Origin: a virus
Taxonomy: Duplodnaviria; Caudoviricetes
IMG/VR virus record: IMGVR_UViG_2808606954_000002
Coordinates: 1 to 64,000 of that record
DNA: 64,000 bases
Direction: 5' to 3' (one strand)
Of this stretch, positions 18,723 through 27,915 are shown piece after piece. Positions within the stretch are counted from its first letter, which is position 1, and every line of letters starts with the position of its first letter. The position numbers were made by a program, and so were the translations under genes. A model generated the notes under the pieces. That model was not told the DNA's origin, ran no database searches, and saw only the letters and a list, made by a program, of their open reading frames with translations.

Positions 18723-19760
18723 ATGAAAAACCGCACCGCCTATCACCTTATTGCCCTGCATTCAGCCGATGGCACTGCCCCGGAATGGCTGCACCTGCTG
18801 CCTGCGACATCTTTTAAAGGTGTCGATGGTCGCGGACCTTATGCCGCGCCCGATGCGACTGCGCTTATCGGCCTGTTCAACTCTGAGGGCCGCAAGCTTC
18901 CCGTTGACGAAAACCACGCGATTGATCTGGCTGGCAAGTCCGGTCATCCGTCACCAGCGCGCGGCTGGATTGTCGAGCTTCAATCTCGTGATGATGGTGT
19001 GTGGGGTCGGGTTGAATGGACCGATGAAGGTCAGTCGCTCGTCGCTGGCAAGTCCTATGGCTATCTGTCGCCGGTATTTTTGCATTCAGCCGCCAAGCCC
19101 TATCGGGTCGACAAACTGTTGCGCGTGGCGCTGACCAACGACCCCAATCTCAATTTTCTGACATCCCTTCATAGCCGACAGGAGACCGAAATGCTCGAAG
19201 AGCTGCGGAAGGCGCTTGGCCTTCCCGAAACTGCAACGGAGGCCGAGGTGCTGGCAACCGTTGCCTCCACCCATGCCGCCAATCAGGCCAATACGGCACT
19301 GATGGCGAAAATCCGAGAAGCCTCTGGCGTTGATGCCACAGTAACGGGCGATGCGCTGGTGATTGCCCTTCAGTCTCGCGGCAAGCCAACCGCAACGGAA
19401 GCCGAAAACACTGAGCTGAAAACTCAACTGGTCTCGCTGCAAGCGCAACTGACCTCGCTTGCGACGGATACTGCCCGCGAAAAGGCTGTGACCACGATTG
19501 AGGCGGCCATTGCAGGCGGCAAGATCGTACCTGCGCTGCGGGATCACATGGTGTCGCGCCATATGAAAAACCCCACAGAGGTCGAGGCCGAGATTGCCTT
19601 GATGCCGTCACTCAACGCAGGCGGGCTTGGTGGCCGCAAGCAGGCAATCGACGGCGAAACCGCGATGACCGATGAAGACCAGCAGGTCGCTTCGATGATG
19701 GGCTTTGACCCGAAGGTCTTTGCTGAACACTCCAAAGCCCTGCACGGGAAAGGCAACTGA
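18723..19760 (+). CDS. Head maturation protease I (Mu gp32)
   Basis: LPVDENH...ARGWI...GRVEWT...YGYLSPVF...ALTNDP. Confidence 0.9.
   Translation: MKNRTAYHLIALHSADGTAPEWLHLLPATSFKGVDGRGPYAAPDATALIGLFNSEGRKLPVDENHAIDLAGKSGHPSPARGWIVELQSRDDGVWGRVEWTDEGQSLVAGKSYGYLSPVFLHSAAKPYRVDKLLRVALTNDPNLNFLTSLHSRQETEMLEELRKALGLPETATEAEVLATVASTHAANQANTALMAKIREASGVDATVTGDALVIALQSRGKPTATEAENTELKTQLVSLQAQLTSLATDTAREKAVTTIEAAIAGGKIVPALRDHMVSRHMKNPTEVEAEIALMPSLNAGGLGGRKQAIDGETAMTDEDQQVASMMGFDPKVFAEHSKALHGKGN
19191..19760 (+). CDS. Scaffold protein Z (in-frame internal start in I)
   Basis: AGGAG RBS before the in-frame ATG at 19191, as for Mu I/Z. Confidence 0.6.
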   Translation: MLEELRKALGLPETATEAEVLATVASTHAANQANTALMAKIREASGVDATVTGDALVIALQSRGKPTATEAENTELKTQLVSLQAQLTSLATDTAREKAVTTIEAAIAGGKIVPALRDHMVSRHMKNPTEVEAEIALMPSLNAGGLGGRKQAIDGETAMTDEDQQVASMMGFDPKVFAEHSKALHGKGN

Positions 19761-19762
19761 TC

Positions 19763-20158
19763 ATGACGGCAACAGATGATATTCGCGCACTTCGCAAGCC
19801 CGGTCCTGATCGCTCTTACGCCTATCCGGTTCTTGCCGGTGTGGTTATCTTTGGCGGCACGGCGGTTGGCATTACCGCCAATCTGGAGGCCGTTCCGGCA
19901 GGCCATGCCTCGGCCGTCAAGCTCATGGGCTTTGCCGATCAGCGGGTTGATAACCGCGACGGTGCCACGGGCGATCTCTACGCCAAGATCGAAAAGGGCG
20001 TGCGGCAGATCCCGCTTGCCGGTGCCACCGCTGCCGACATTGGAGCCACGGTCTACGCCTCGGCCGATGACACGTTCACGCTCACTGCTGGATCGCTTCT
20101 GCCGATCGGCACCATTGATGCCATTGACGCCGAAGGCGTCTGGCTGAACACGCTTTGA
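19763..20158 (+). CDS. Capsid cement/decoration-like protein
   Basis: Gly/Ala-rich beta-type protein between protease and major capsid. Confidence 0.6.
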   Translation: MTATDDIRALRKPGPDRSYAYPVLAGVVIFGGTAVGITANLEAVPAGHASAVKLMGFADQRVDNRDGATGDLYAKIEKGVRQIPLAGATAADIGATVYASADDTFTLTAGSLLPIGTIDAIDAEGVWLNTL

Positions 20159-20168
20159 GGATCTGACC

Positions 20169-21062
20169 ATGGATATTAACGCCAGCACACTGCGCTCGAT
20201 CTACACCGGCCTTTCCACGGCCTTTAACGCCCGCTTTTCGACGGTGCAGACCTATTACAACATCGTTGCCATGACGGTGCCCTCGACCACGGCGATGAAC
20301 GAATATCCGCGCCTTGATGATCTGCCGGGATTTCGTGAGTGGCTGGGTGATCGCGTCATTCATGATCTGGGTGCGCAGACCTACGTCATCCGCAACAAGA
20401 CGTTTGAGAAGACCATTTCAATCAAGCGCGAACAGATCGAAGATGACCAGCTCGGCATCTTTGCACCTGTGTCCTCCCAGATGGGGCAGGATGCGGCCGA
20501 GTTCCCAGATCATCTGTGCTGGCCTTTGATGAACAAGGGCGAAACGCTCAAATGCTATGACGGCCAGTATTTCTTTGACGCCGATCATCCCGGCTATGAT
20601 GAGAACGGCAAACGGGTTTCTGTTTCCAACTTCACGGCGGGTTCCGGGCCTGCCTGGTATCTGGTTGATGACAGCCAGGTGATGAAGCCGCTGGTCTATC
20701 AGACCCGCCGCCCGTTCGCGCTGACGCCTTTGCAAAGCCCCGATGATCCGAATGTGTTTTTCCAAGGCAAGTTTATCTGGGGCGTGGATGGCCGCAGCAA
20801 CTCCGGCCTTGGTCTGTGGCAGCTTGCCCACAAGAGCAAAGCCGTCTTGAACGAAGCCAACTTCATGGCGGCGCTGACGGCCATGACCACCATGCGCCGT
20901 CGTGATGGCTCAATCCTCAAAATCCGCCCGACCAAGCTTTTGGTGCCGTCTGCCTTGGAGCTGACCGCGCTGAAATTGATCAAGGCGGAACTGACGGGCG
21001 GTGGCGATACCAACGTATTGAGCAAGATGGTCGAGGTTATCTCCGTTCCTTACCTCATTTGA
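20169..21062 (+). CDS. Major capsid protein (Mu gpT)
   Basis: PGFREWLGDR...CYDGQYFFDADHP. Confidence 0.92.
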   Translation: MDINASTLRSIYTGLSTAFNARFSTVQTYYNIVAMTVPSTTAMNEYPRLDDLPGFREWLGDRVIHDLGAQTYVIRNKTFEKTISIKREQIEDDQLGIFAPVSSQMGQDAAEFPDHLCWPLMNKGETLKCYDGQYFFDADHPGYDENGKRVSVSNFTAGSGPAWYLVDDSQVMKPLVYQTRRPFALTPLQSPDDPNVFFQGKFIWGVDGRSNSGLGLWQLAHKSKAVLNEANFMAALTAMTTMRRRDGSILKIRPTKLLVPSALELTALKLIKAELTGGGDTNVLSKMVEVISVPYLI

Positions 21063-21092
21063 CGCTTGATCCATTGTGATCGCTTTGCCCAT

Positions 21093-21124
21093 CCGCCGCC
21101 AGCGCTCCTCCCGGCTGGCGGCGG
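21093..21124 (+). terminator. GC-rich hairpin after the major capsid gene (terminator or mRNA stabiliser)
   Basis: CCGCCGCCAGC/GCTGGCGGCGG 11-bp stem. Confidence 0.45.
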
Positions 21125-21153
21125 TTCCCTAAAAAAGCAAACAGGAACCCGAC

Positions 21154-21528
21154 ATGTCTGATCTTAAAATCCAGATTATCTGCACCTCTCCTGGCATGCG
21201 GCGCAATGGCGTCGAGCATCCGGCATCGGCTCTTTATGCGCCTGATCGCTGGACCAAAAAGGAGCTGGATGCTTTTCGCGCTGACCCGAACTTTGTGGTT
21301 CGTGAGGTAACGGGTGCCGAAAGCACGACCACGGACGCCGACATCGAGCTTCGCATTGAGGCCGAGGTTGAGAAGCGGCTGAAGGACAAGGCTGATGCCT
21401 TGCAGACCTCTTTTGAAGAGGCCGTAACGGAAAAGGCCAAAGAGCGCGTCGAGGCGCTGGAAGCCAAGGTGAGTGAGCTGAACGCCAAGCTGGACGCGGC
21501 CACCAAGAAATCGACCGCAAAATCTTGA
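21154..21528 (+). CDS. HI1506-like head-associated protein
   Basis: GMRRNGVEH...DPNFVV motif plus coiled coil. Confidence 0.55.
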   Translation: MSDLKIQIICTSPGMRRNGVEHPASALYAPDRWTKKELDAFRADPNFVVREVTGAESTTTDADIELRIEAEVEKRLKDKADALQTSFEEAVTEKAKERVEALEAKVSELNAKLDAATKKSTAKS

Positions 21529-21557
21529 AGCTTCAACCAAAACGCCGGAATTGATCC

Positions 21558-21995
21558 ATGTACGCCACTGTCACCCATATGATTGCCCGCTTTGGCGAGA
21601 CGCATCTGATCCGTCTGTCTCGGCCAGAAGATCGCACGGCCGAGACGGTGGATGAGGCCAAGGTGAACACAGCGCTGGCGGATGCCTCGGCCTTGATCGA
21701 TGGTTATATCCGTGGCCGCTACTTTGTGCCGATTGCTTCACCGCCTGACGAGATCATTCGCGCCGCCTGCGTTCTCGCCCGCTATGATCTCGCCCAGGGC
21801 GAACATATGGACCCATCCGAGGAAATGGCGAAAGCCCGCAAGGATGTGATCGCCTGGCTGGAAAACATCTCGCGCGAACTGGTCAATCTGGATGTGCCAG
21901 CGGCCCGGCCAACCGGCACCAATGCAGTTGGCTCCGGCCCGCGCGTCTCGGATCGGCCGCGCATTGTCACTCATGAGACGTTGCGAGGCTTTTGA
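21558..21995 (+). CDS. Head-tail connector gp36 (DUF1320)
   Basis: MYAT...ALADASALIDGYI...ARYDL. Confidence 0.85.
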   Translation: MYATVTHMIARFGETHLIRLSRPEDRTAETVDEAKVNTALADASALIDGYIRGRYFVPIASPPDEIIRAACVLARYDLAQGEHMDPSEEMAKARKDVIAWLENISRELVNLDVPAARPTGTNAVGSGPRVSDRPRIVTHETLRGF

Positions 21996-21996
21996 G

Positions 21997-22572
21997 ATGG
22001 ACCTCTCCAGACAGCCCATTGCCCGCATGGAAGCGCTGATTAAAGAGCGCCTGCGCATTGCCTTTCCGGCCAAAACATTTGGCATTGAGCGGGTACCGCA
22101 AACCATGACGCTTGCCGAGTTCACCCGTCTGTCGCGGCTCACACCGTTTATCGGCCTGGCATGGACTGGCATGAAGCCGGACGGTGATGCCGGGCGTCGG
22201 TTGGACGGCAAAATGCTGTGGCGGTTGATCCTGATTTACAAGGCTTCAAATGGTCTTGAAGCCCGCTTCAAAGGCGATGCCAAGGGCCTCGGCCTTGATG
22301 CGATGATTGATGTGTCGATGGCGCTTTTGCACGGCTGGACGCTGCCAGAGGTCGGGCGATGTGCGGTGACACTGGCCAACAGCGTCATTGCCGATGGCTT
22401 CACCGACGATGCCGTTGTGATTGCGCAAGTGGATTTCGAGATCCGCTTTGCCGCTCCCGTTGCCGACTATGACCTGATCACGCTTGCCGAGTTCCAGGCG
22501 CTGGCTGTGAGCTGGTCGCTGGACGGGGCAACCGACACGCTCACCGATACGATTTCACAGGAGGCACCATGA
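21997..22572 (+). CDS. gp37-like tail completion protein
   Basis: Synteny between gp36 and the sheath gene. Confidence 0.6.
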   Translation: MDLSRQPIARMEALIKERLRIAFPAKTFGIERVPQTMTLAEFTRLSRLTPFIGLAWTGMKPDGDAGRRLDGKMLWRLILIYKASNGLEARFKGDAKGLGLDAMIDVSMALLHGWTLPEVGRCAVTLANSVIADGFTDDAVVIAQVDFEIRFAAPVADYDLITLAEFQALAVSWSLDGATDTLTDTISQEAP

Positions 22573-22790
22573 CCACCCGATTTCTCAAACCCGCACCCGG
22601 CCGTCATGTTGACCAGCTGGACGGCACACCCTGGCCAACTGATGGCATGAATGCGGCAAACACGCTTTTCGTTCGTCGCCGCCTCAAGGACGGCGATCTG
22701 ATTGAGGCCGACAGACCCGTTACCGCGTCGTCGCCAGCAATCGCTGATCCGGTCACGACATCGGCCAAAACCACCCGGAAGGACACCTAA
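22569..22790 (+). CDS. DUF2635 (gp38-like) protein
   Basis: FVRRRLKDGDL motif. Confidence 0.75.
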   Translation: MTTRFLKPAPGRHVDQLDGTPWPTDGMNAANTLFVRRRLKDGDLIEADRPVTASSPAIADPVTTSAKTTRKDT

Positions 22791-22792
22791 TC

Positions 22793-24283
22793 ATGGATTT
22801 TGATGAAATCCCATATCAGTGGCGGCAGCCTGCTACACTGTTGGAGATCAAGCCCAACTACGCCAACAAGGGCCTTTTTGACTGGCCGGAACAGGCGTTG
22901 ATCATTGGTCAGAAGCTTGCCACCGGCTCTATCGAAATTGGCAAGATTGTTGAAGTCACGCGCTGGCAGGATGGTATCAGCCTGTTTGGACGTGGCTCGG
23001 TCGGTGCCAAGATGGTGGAAGCCTATCGCAAGGCCAACAAGACAAGCCCGCTGTTCGTTATCGCTCTGGGTGATGCCGCAGGTGCCGTCAAGGCAACGGG
23101 TACCTTTACTTTTGCAGGAGCGATGAGCGCATCGGTGGTCTTGCGGTTTCGTATTGCAGGCCGCCAGATCCGCATCACGGCGCTGGCAACAGATGCACCA
23201 GCGACTTTGGCAACCAAGCTTGCTGCTGCCATCAATGCCGATGCCGATGCGGAAGTGACGGCAACAGCGGCCGACGCTGTTGTCACCTGCACCGCCCGGC
23301 ACGGTGGCGAGGTTGGCAACGAGATTGATCTGCGGGTCGATACCAGGGCGCAAGTCCTGCCTGCTGGTCTGACGATCACGGTTGCCGCTATGGCAGGCGG
23401 CACGGGTAATCCCGATCTTCAGGCAGCACTCGATGTGATCGCCAACACATGGTTCACCACCATCGGCATTCCATGGGCCGATAGCACCAATGTTGGTATC
23501 TTCGCGCTCTGGCTCAAGGATCGGTACACGGCCACAGCCCGGCGCGACGCGCATGGTTTTGTGTTCACCCATGGCACCTATGGTCAATTGAGCGCGTTCG
23601 GCCAGTTGACCAATTGCCAGCAGCTGACAGTCGGCGGCATGAAGGGCATGATGGAACCGGCTTATGTGCTGGCGGCTTCCCTCATGGGTGTTTGGTCTTT
23701 CCACCGCACCAATGATCCGGCCCGCCAGTTGCGGTCCTTGGTGGTGCCGAATGTCACGGCCCCTGATGCGGTGGATCAGTTCACCGACGAGGAAAAGAAC
23801 CTGTTGCTCTATCGCGGCATCTCGACTTTCGAGTGCCTGGCCGATGACACGGTGACAATTGCCCGCCTGATCACGACCTATAAGAAAAGCAATCTGGGCG
23901 TTGATGATGATGCCTGGCTCGACATCATGGTGCCCGCCACCATGTCACGCATCCGCTATGATTTTGCGGCTTATGTGGCGGTGATGTATCCGCGCGCCAA
24001 GTTGGTGGATGATGACAGCATGGCGGCCTTTGCCACCACCGGCACGGCCAGTGGCGATAGTGCATCCAGCGCCGTGGTTTCGCCGGGGCGCATGCATGCC
24101 AGCTGGGCGGCCCGCTGTAAGCTGTACGGCGAAAAGGTCTGGATCATGGACACGGCAACCACGGTGAGACAAAGCGTGTTTGCCATTTCAGGCAATGACA
24201 AGAACCGGCTGGAAAGCCGCCAGCAGGTCAAGATCGTTGGCAATCTGATGGTGCTGGCTGGCAGCCTTGAGTTCCAGGTTTAA
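22793..24283 (+). CDS. Tail sheath protein (Mu gpL)
   Basis: FGRGSVGAKM...ARHGGEVGNEI...DPARQLRSL. Confidence 0.9.
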   Translation: MDFDEIPYQWRQPATLLEIKPNYANKGLFDWPEQALIIGQKLATGSIEIGKIVEVTRWQDGISLFGRGSVGAKMVEAYRKANKTSPLFVIALGDAAGAVKATGTFTFAGAMSASVVLRFRIAGRQIRITALATDAPATLATKLAAAINADADAEVTATAADAVVTCTARHGGEVGNEIDLRVDTRAQVLPAGLTITVAAMAGGTGNPDLQAALDVIANTWFTTIGIPWADSTNVGIFALWLKDRYTATARRDAHGFVFTHGTYGQLSAFGQLTNCQQLTVGGMKGMMEPAYVLAASLMGVWSFHRTNDPARQLRSLVVPNVTAPDAVDQFTDEEKNLLLYRGISTFECLADDTVTIARLITTYKKSNLGVDDDAWLDIMVPATMSRIRYDFAAYVAVMYPRAKLVDDDSMAAFATTGTASGDSASSAVVSPGRMHASWAARCKLYGEKVWIMDTATTVRQSVFAISGNDKNRLESRQQVKIVGNLMVLAGSLEFQV

Positions 24284-24298
24284 GAAAGGAAACAAGAC

Positions 24299-24661
24299 AT
24301 GGCACAGACAGTCGGCATTATCGACATTGTGTGGAACGGCCGTTATCTCGCTTGCGAGAAAGGCTCAAAGGCCAAGCTTGGCGGCATCAAGAACAATCCC
24401 GTCACCCATGGCCGCAAGGTCAGCCGTGCGCAGGAATATCAAGGTTCGGAAATAGAGGCCACCGTGCCGTTTGAGCGCGGCATGACGCTTGCCGACATCT
24501 GGACGGAAGGCGAGGGCGAATTGCAAGTCCGCCTCGATACCGGGCAAACCTATGTCTGGAATGATGCATTCTTGAGTGGTGACCGCCCGACGATTTCGGA
24601 AGGCGAAGGCGGCAAGGTGCAGCTCAAATGGTCTGGCGGAACCCCTGAGGAGGTGATCTGA
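24299..24661 (+). CDS. Tail tube protein (Mu gpM)
   Basis: 120 aa after the sheath; GEGGKVQLKWSG. Confidence 0.8.
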   Translation: MAQTVGIIDIVWNGRYLACEKGSKAKLGGIKNNPVTHGRKVSRAQEYQGSEIEATVPFERGMTLADIWTEGEGELQVRLDTGQTYVWNDAFLSGDRPTISEGEGGKVQLKWSGGTPEEVI

Positions 24662-25143
24662 TGAGCAAGGCTTTGACAGGCAAGAACGTGGCTATTGATC
24701 TTGATGAAGATGCGCCGGTAACAGCGCCAAGCCATTCGGATAGCGCTGTGGTTGATCTGGATGGTGGTGCATCACGTACAAGCGATATTGTCGATGAGGA
24801 TGGTGATCCGCGTGACCGCTTGCCGGATCGGGCGGTGATCAATGCTGACGGCTCGGTGACATTGCCGCTTCTTTTTCCGCAAACCCTGACCACCAGAAAG
24901 GATGGCAAGGTGCGCGACAAGGAGTTCGCATCATTGACGTTTCACCGGATGCGGGGCGCTGACCAGATGGCAATCTCGGCTGTGCCAGAGGAAAAGCAGA
25001 TCTCGGTTGCCTTTGCCCGCTCGACGCGCACACCGCAAATGGTGATGGACAAGCTTTATGAAAAGCTTGATCTGGAAGACATCACCGACGCAGGCCGGGT
25101 GCTGAACCATTTTTTGACGAGTGGCCGCAAAACTGGCCGGTGA
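24661..25143 (+). CDS. Tail assembly chaperone (gp41-like)
   Basis: Position before the tape measure; contains a slippery site near its 3' end. Confidence 0.75.
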   Translation: MSKALTGKNVAIDLDEDAPVTAPSHSDSAVVDLDGGASRTSDIVDEDGDPRDRLPDRAVINADGSVTLPLLFPQTLTTRKDGKVRDKEFASLTFHRMRGADQMAISAVPEEKQISVAFARSTRTPQMVMDKLYEKLDLEDITDAGRVLNHFLTSGRKTGR

Positions 25144-25274
25144 TCCTTGGCGGTCTGGCTGATGGCTCCGGCTTCAGCGCCTCTGAGATCGGGGCGATGA
25201 CCAAGGATCAGGCGGTGACATGGTGGAATTGCATCATGTCGTTTCGCCAGGAAGTGCAGAAACAAACTGAATAG
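25110..25274 (+). other. -1 programmed frameshift site T TTT TTG and extended chaperone frame
   Basis: The -1 frame from 25110-25116 stays open (FDEWPQNWPVILGG...VQKQTE) to TAG at 25272-25274. Confidence 0.75.
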
Positions 25275-25280
25275 GTCATG

Positions 25281-25324
25281 CCCGCCCACGATGGCTGGCA
25301 TGATCTTTTTGGCGCGCGCGCGAT
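25281..25324 (+). promoter_or_regulatory. Late promoter copy 3 (before the tape measure)
   Basis: CCCGCCCACGATGGCTGGCATGA...GCGCGCGCGCGAT. Confidence 0.65.
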
Positions 25325-25353
25325 AGGTTGGACCGCCAATCTGGAGGCGGGCC

Positions 25354-27915
25354 GTGGCCAATCGCAATATGAACCTCGACGTGATCGTGCGCCTCAAAGA
25401 CCTTTTAAGCGGGCCTTTAAGGGGTGTTAAAGCAGCGCTCGAAGGTGTCGCCAACATGGCGCGCAAGATCGGCATTGTCGGTGCGGCTGTTGCCGGGATC
25501 AGTTTCCTTGCACCCATTCAGGAAGCCGCAGCTTTCCAGCAACAGCTCCTCGATATTGCGGGCACCTCCAATCTCGTTGGCAATGCCGCCTTTGCCTATG
25601 TTGGCAAATCAAAAGAACAGTTCGAAACCTTGGCGCTGCAAATCGGCCAACTGTCTGACACGGTTGCCAAGGGTGCGGGGCAGATGATTGCAGCCGGTGT
25701 TGATCCCAAGTTGGTCGACGCCTCGGTCAGCAGCATTGGCCGTGCCGCCACTGCCGCGAACGCCGAATTTGCCGACATGGCGGGCGTTGCCACCTCCTTG
25801 CTCACCACGCTCAAACTGCCTGCCGATCAGCTGGACAGTGCGCTGGGCGGTCTTGTGGTGGCGGGCAAGGAAGGTGCGTTCGAGCTGAAGGACATGGCCA
25901 AGTATTTCCCGACGCTGACCAGCCAGATGGCGAAATTCGGCATCACGGGCCGCGAAGCCGTCAATTTCTTGGGTGCCGGTTTGCAGATTGCCCGCAAAGG
26001 CACGGCCGATCCGGCAGAAGCCGCCAACAATCTCAAGAACTTCCTGAGCAAGGTTCTCGCACCCGCCACCATCAAGAATTTTAAGGACATGGGTGTCGAC
26101 ATAGAGGGCGTCATGAAAGATGCCGCCACCAAGGGCATCAATCCGATTGAGGCGGTGGTGCAAAAGATCACCAAGCTCACCGGGATCTCGTCCAACGAGG
26201 TCGACAAGATGATGAAAAAGGCCAAGGCGGCGGGCATGACCGACGCTGAAGCTCTGAAAACCGTGCGCGAACAGATTGAAAAGACGGCAGGCGCTGGCAA
26301 GCTTGGGCAATTGTTCGGTGACATGCAGGTGATGGATTTCCTGCTGCCGATGCTGGGCAATATTGATGAATACCAGCGGATCAAGGGTGAGGTGGCGAAA
26401 GCGACCGGCTCTGTCATTGATGCCGATTTTGAAACCCAGATGCAGGGGCTAAACCGGCAGCTGACCACGTTTAAGGAAATCGGCGCGCAAGGTGCGCGCG
26501 AGGTTGGTTTTGCCTTTGGCACATGGTTGCCGATGATCAACGACAATCTGGCCGCTGCCCTCAAGTGGTTGCGCGAGCTGGACGCCTCCACGGGCGGCAT
26601 GGTGAAAAAGGCGCTGGCTTTTGCGGGTGCTGGCGTTTTGCTGGCCGCAGCCCTTGGTGTGCTGGGCGTCATCTTGCCGGTTATTGGTGCCGGGCTTTCC
26701 ATGATCGGCGCACTTCTTAGCCCGGTTGGGATTGTGCTTGCGTTGATCGCGGCGGCCGGTGTTGCGATTTATCGCAACTGGTCAAGCATTGGTCCGTCAT
26801 TGCAGCGCATATGGGCTGGGCTTGGAGGCGTCTGGTCAAGCGTCATGGGGACGATGCGAGACGCTCTTCCTCGTCTCAAACAGATAGGCTCAGAAATCGT
26901 GCAGGCCGGTCGCGAGATGATCGACCGCTATGGTCCTGTCGTGAGGCAGGGCTTTCAGGCGGCCTGGCGGGATGTTTCTGTCGGGTTTGCCAAGCTTGGT
27001 GATCTGTTCAAGGGCTTCTCGAAAGGCCTCAATCTTGATGCCATCATGTCAGGGCTGACCATCGACAATGCCAAAATTTTAGCATTCGGCGCTCTTGATG
27101 TTGCTCTTCGCGGTATTGCGACAGCTTGGGCTGCCCTGAAGGATTTTGGCTCTGGCTTTGCGCCTTATCTGTCTGGTATTGGCGAAAACTTAGGGGGCAC
27201 AGTGAAAGCGATTGGCGAAATCGCCAGTGGACTATGGCGGCTCGTCAAAGCACTTGTGTCCTTGGTTTCATTCGATCCGGCCAAAGCCAGCGGCGTTTTT
27301 ACATGGCTTGGCAGTTTTGCCGGAGGAGCGATTGAAGTTGCAACCTTTGCCATCCGCACCATGGCTGAAGCGTTTGCCCACCTTATCACAACGATGGCTG
27401 ATCTGGCCGAAGGCAAGATCAGCTGGGAGAGCCTTATTCCGCAGGGGGTTTCGGAGGCGTGGAAAGATGCTTCAACGGCGGTGACGGGTTTTCTGACCTC
27501 TGCCAAGACGTTGGCGACCGATCTCTATGATACGGGTGTGCAGGCAGGCAAAGCCATGGTCGATGGCATTATAGCGGCCTTTGATGCGCTCGTTGCGTGG
27601 TTCAAGGGATTGCCCGGCCGGATCAAGGACGCCATTGGCAAGATTGATCTTTCCAGCATTATCAGCATGCCATCCTTGCCAAGCTGGCTTGGCGGTGGTG
27701 GTCCCAAGCCGCCCGCCGCTGCAAACCAGAATGCACTTCCAGCAACGGCTTTGCCCGCGCAAGCTTCGCCCACCGCACAGCCCGCTCAACAGCTGAACGT
27801 CAACACCACGGCAACGGTGAAGGTCGATGGCCCCGGTCAGGTTTCCAGCCAGGCAACCAGCGTGACCTCGCCATCGCCAAACGTCAACACGGGCCGAGTT
27901 GTCGGGAGGGACTGA
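25354..27915 (+). CDS. Tail tape measure protein (TP901-like core)
   Basis: 853 aa, Ala/Gly-rich; GKEGAFELKDMAKYFP. Confidence 0.9.
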   Translation: MANRNMNLDVIVRLKDLLSGPLRGVKAALEGVANMARKIGIVGAAVAGISFLAPIQEAAAFQQQLLDIAGTSNLVGNAAFAYVGKSKEQFETLALQIGQLSDTVAKGAGQMIAAGVDPKLVDASVSSIGRAATAANAEFADMAGVATSLLTTLKLPADQLDSALGGLVVAGKEGAFELKDMAKYFPTLTSQMAKFGITGREAVNFLGAGLQIARKGTADPAEAANNLKNFLSKVLAPATIKNFKDMGVDIEGVMKDAATKGINPIEAVVQKITKLTGISSNEVDKMMKKAKAAGMTDAEALKTVREQIEKTAGAGKLGQLFGDMQVMDFLLPMLGNIDEYQRIKGEVAKATGSVIDADFETQMQGLNRQLTTFKEIGAQGAREVGFAFGTWLPMINDNLAAALKWLRELDASTGGMVKKALAFAGAGVLLAAALGVLGVILPVIGAGLSMIGALLSPVGIVLALIAAAGVAIYRNWSSIGPSLQRIWAGLGGVWSSVMGTMRDALPRLKQIGSEIVQAGREMIDRYGPVVRQGFQAAWRDVSVGFAKLGDLFKGFSKGLNLDAIMSGLTIDNAKILAFGALDVALRGIATAWAALKDFGSGFAPYLSGIGENLGGTVKAIGEIASGLWRLVKALVSLVSFDPAKASGVFTWLGSFAGGAIEVATFAIRTMAEAFAHLITTMADLAEGKISWESLIPQGVSEAWKDASTAVTGFLTSAKTLATDLYDTGVQAGKAMVDGIIAAFDALVAWFKGLPGRIKDAIGKIDLSSIISMPSLPSWLGGGGPKPPAAANQNALPATALPAQASPTAQPAQQLNVNTTATVKVDGPGQVSSQATSVTSPSPNVNTGRVVGRD

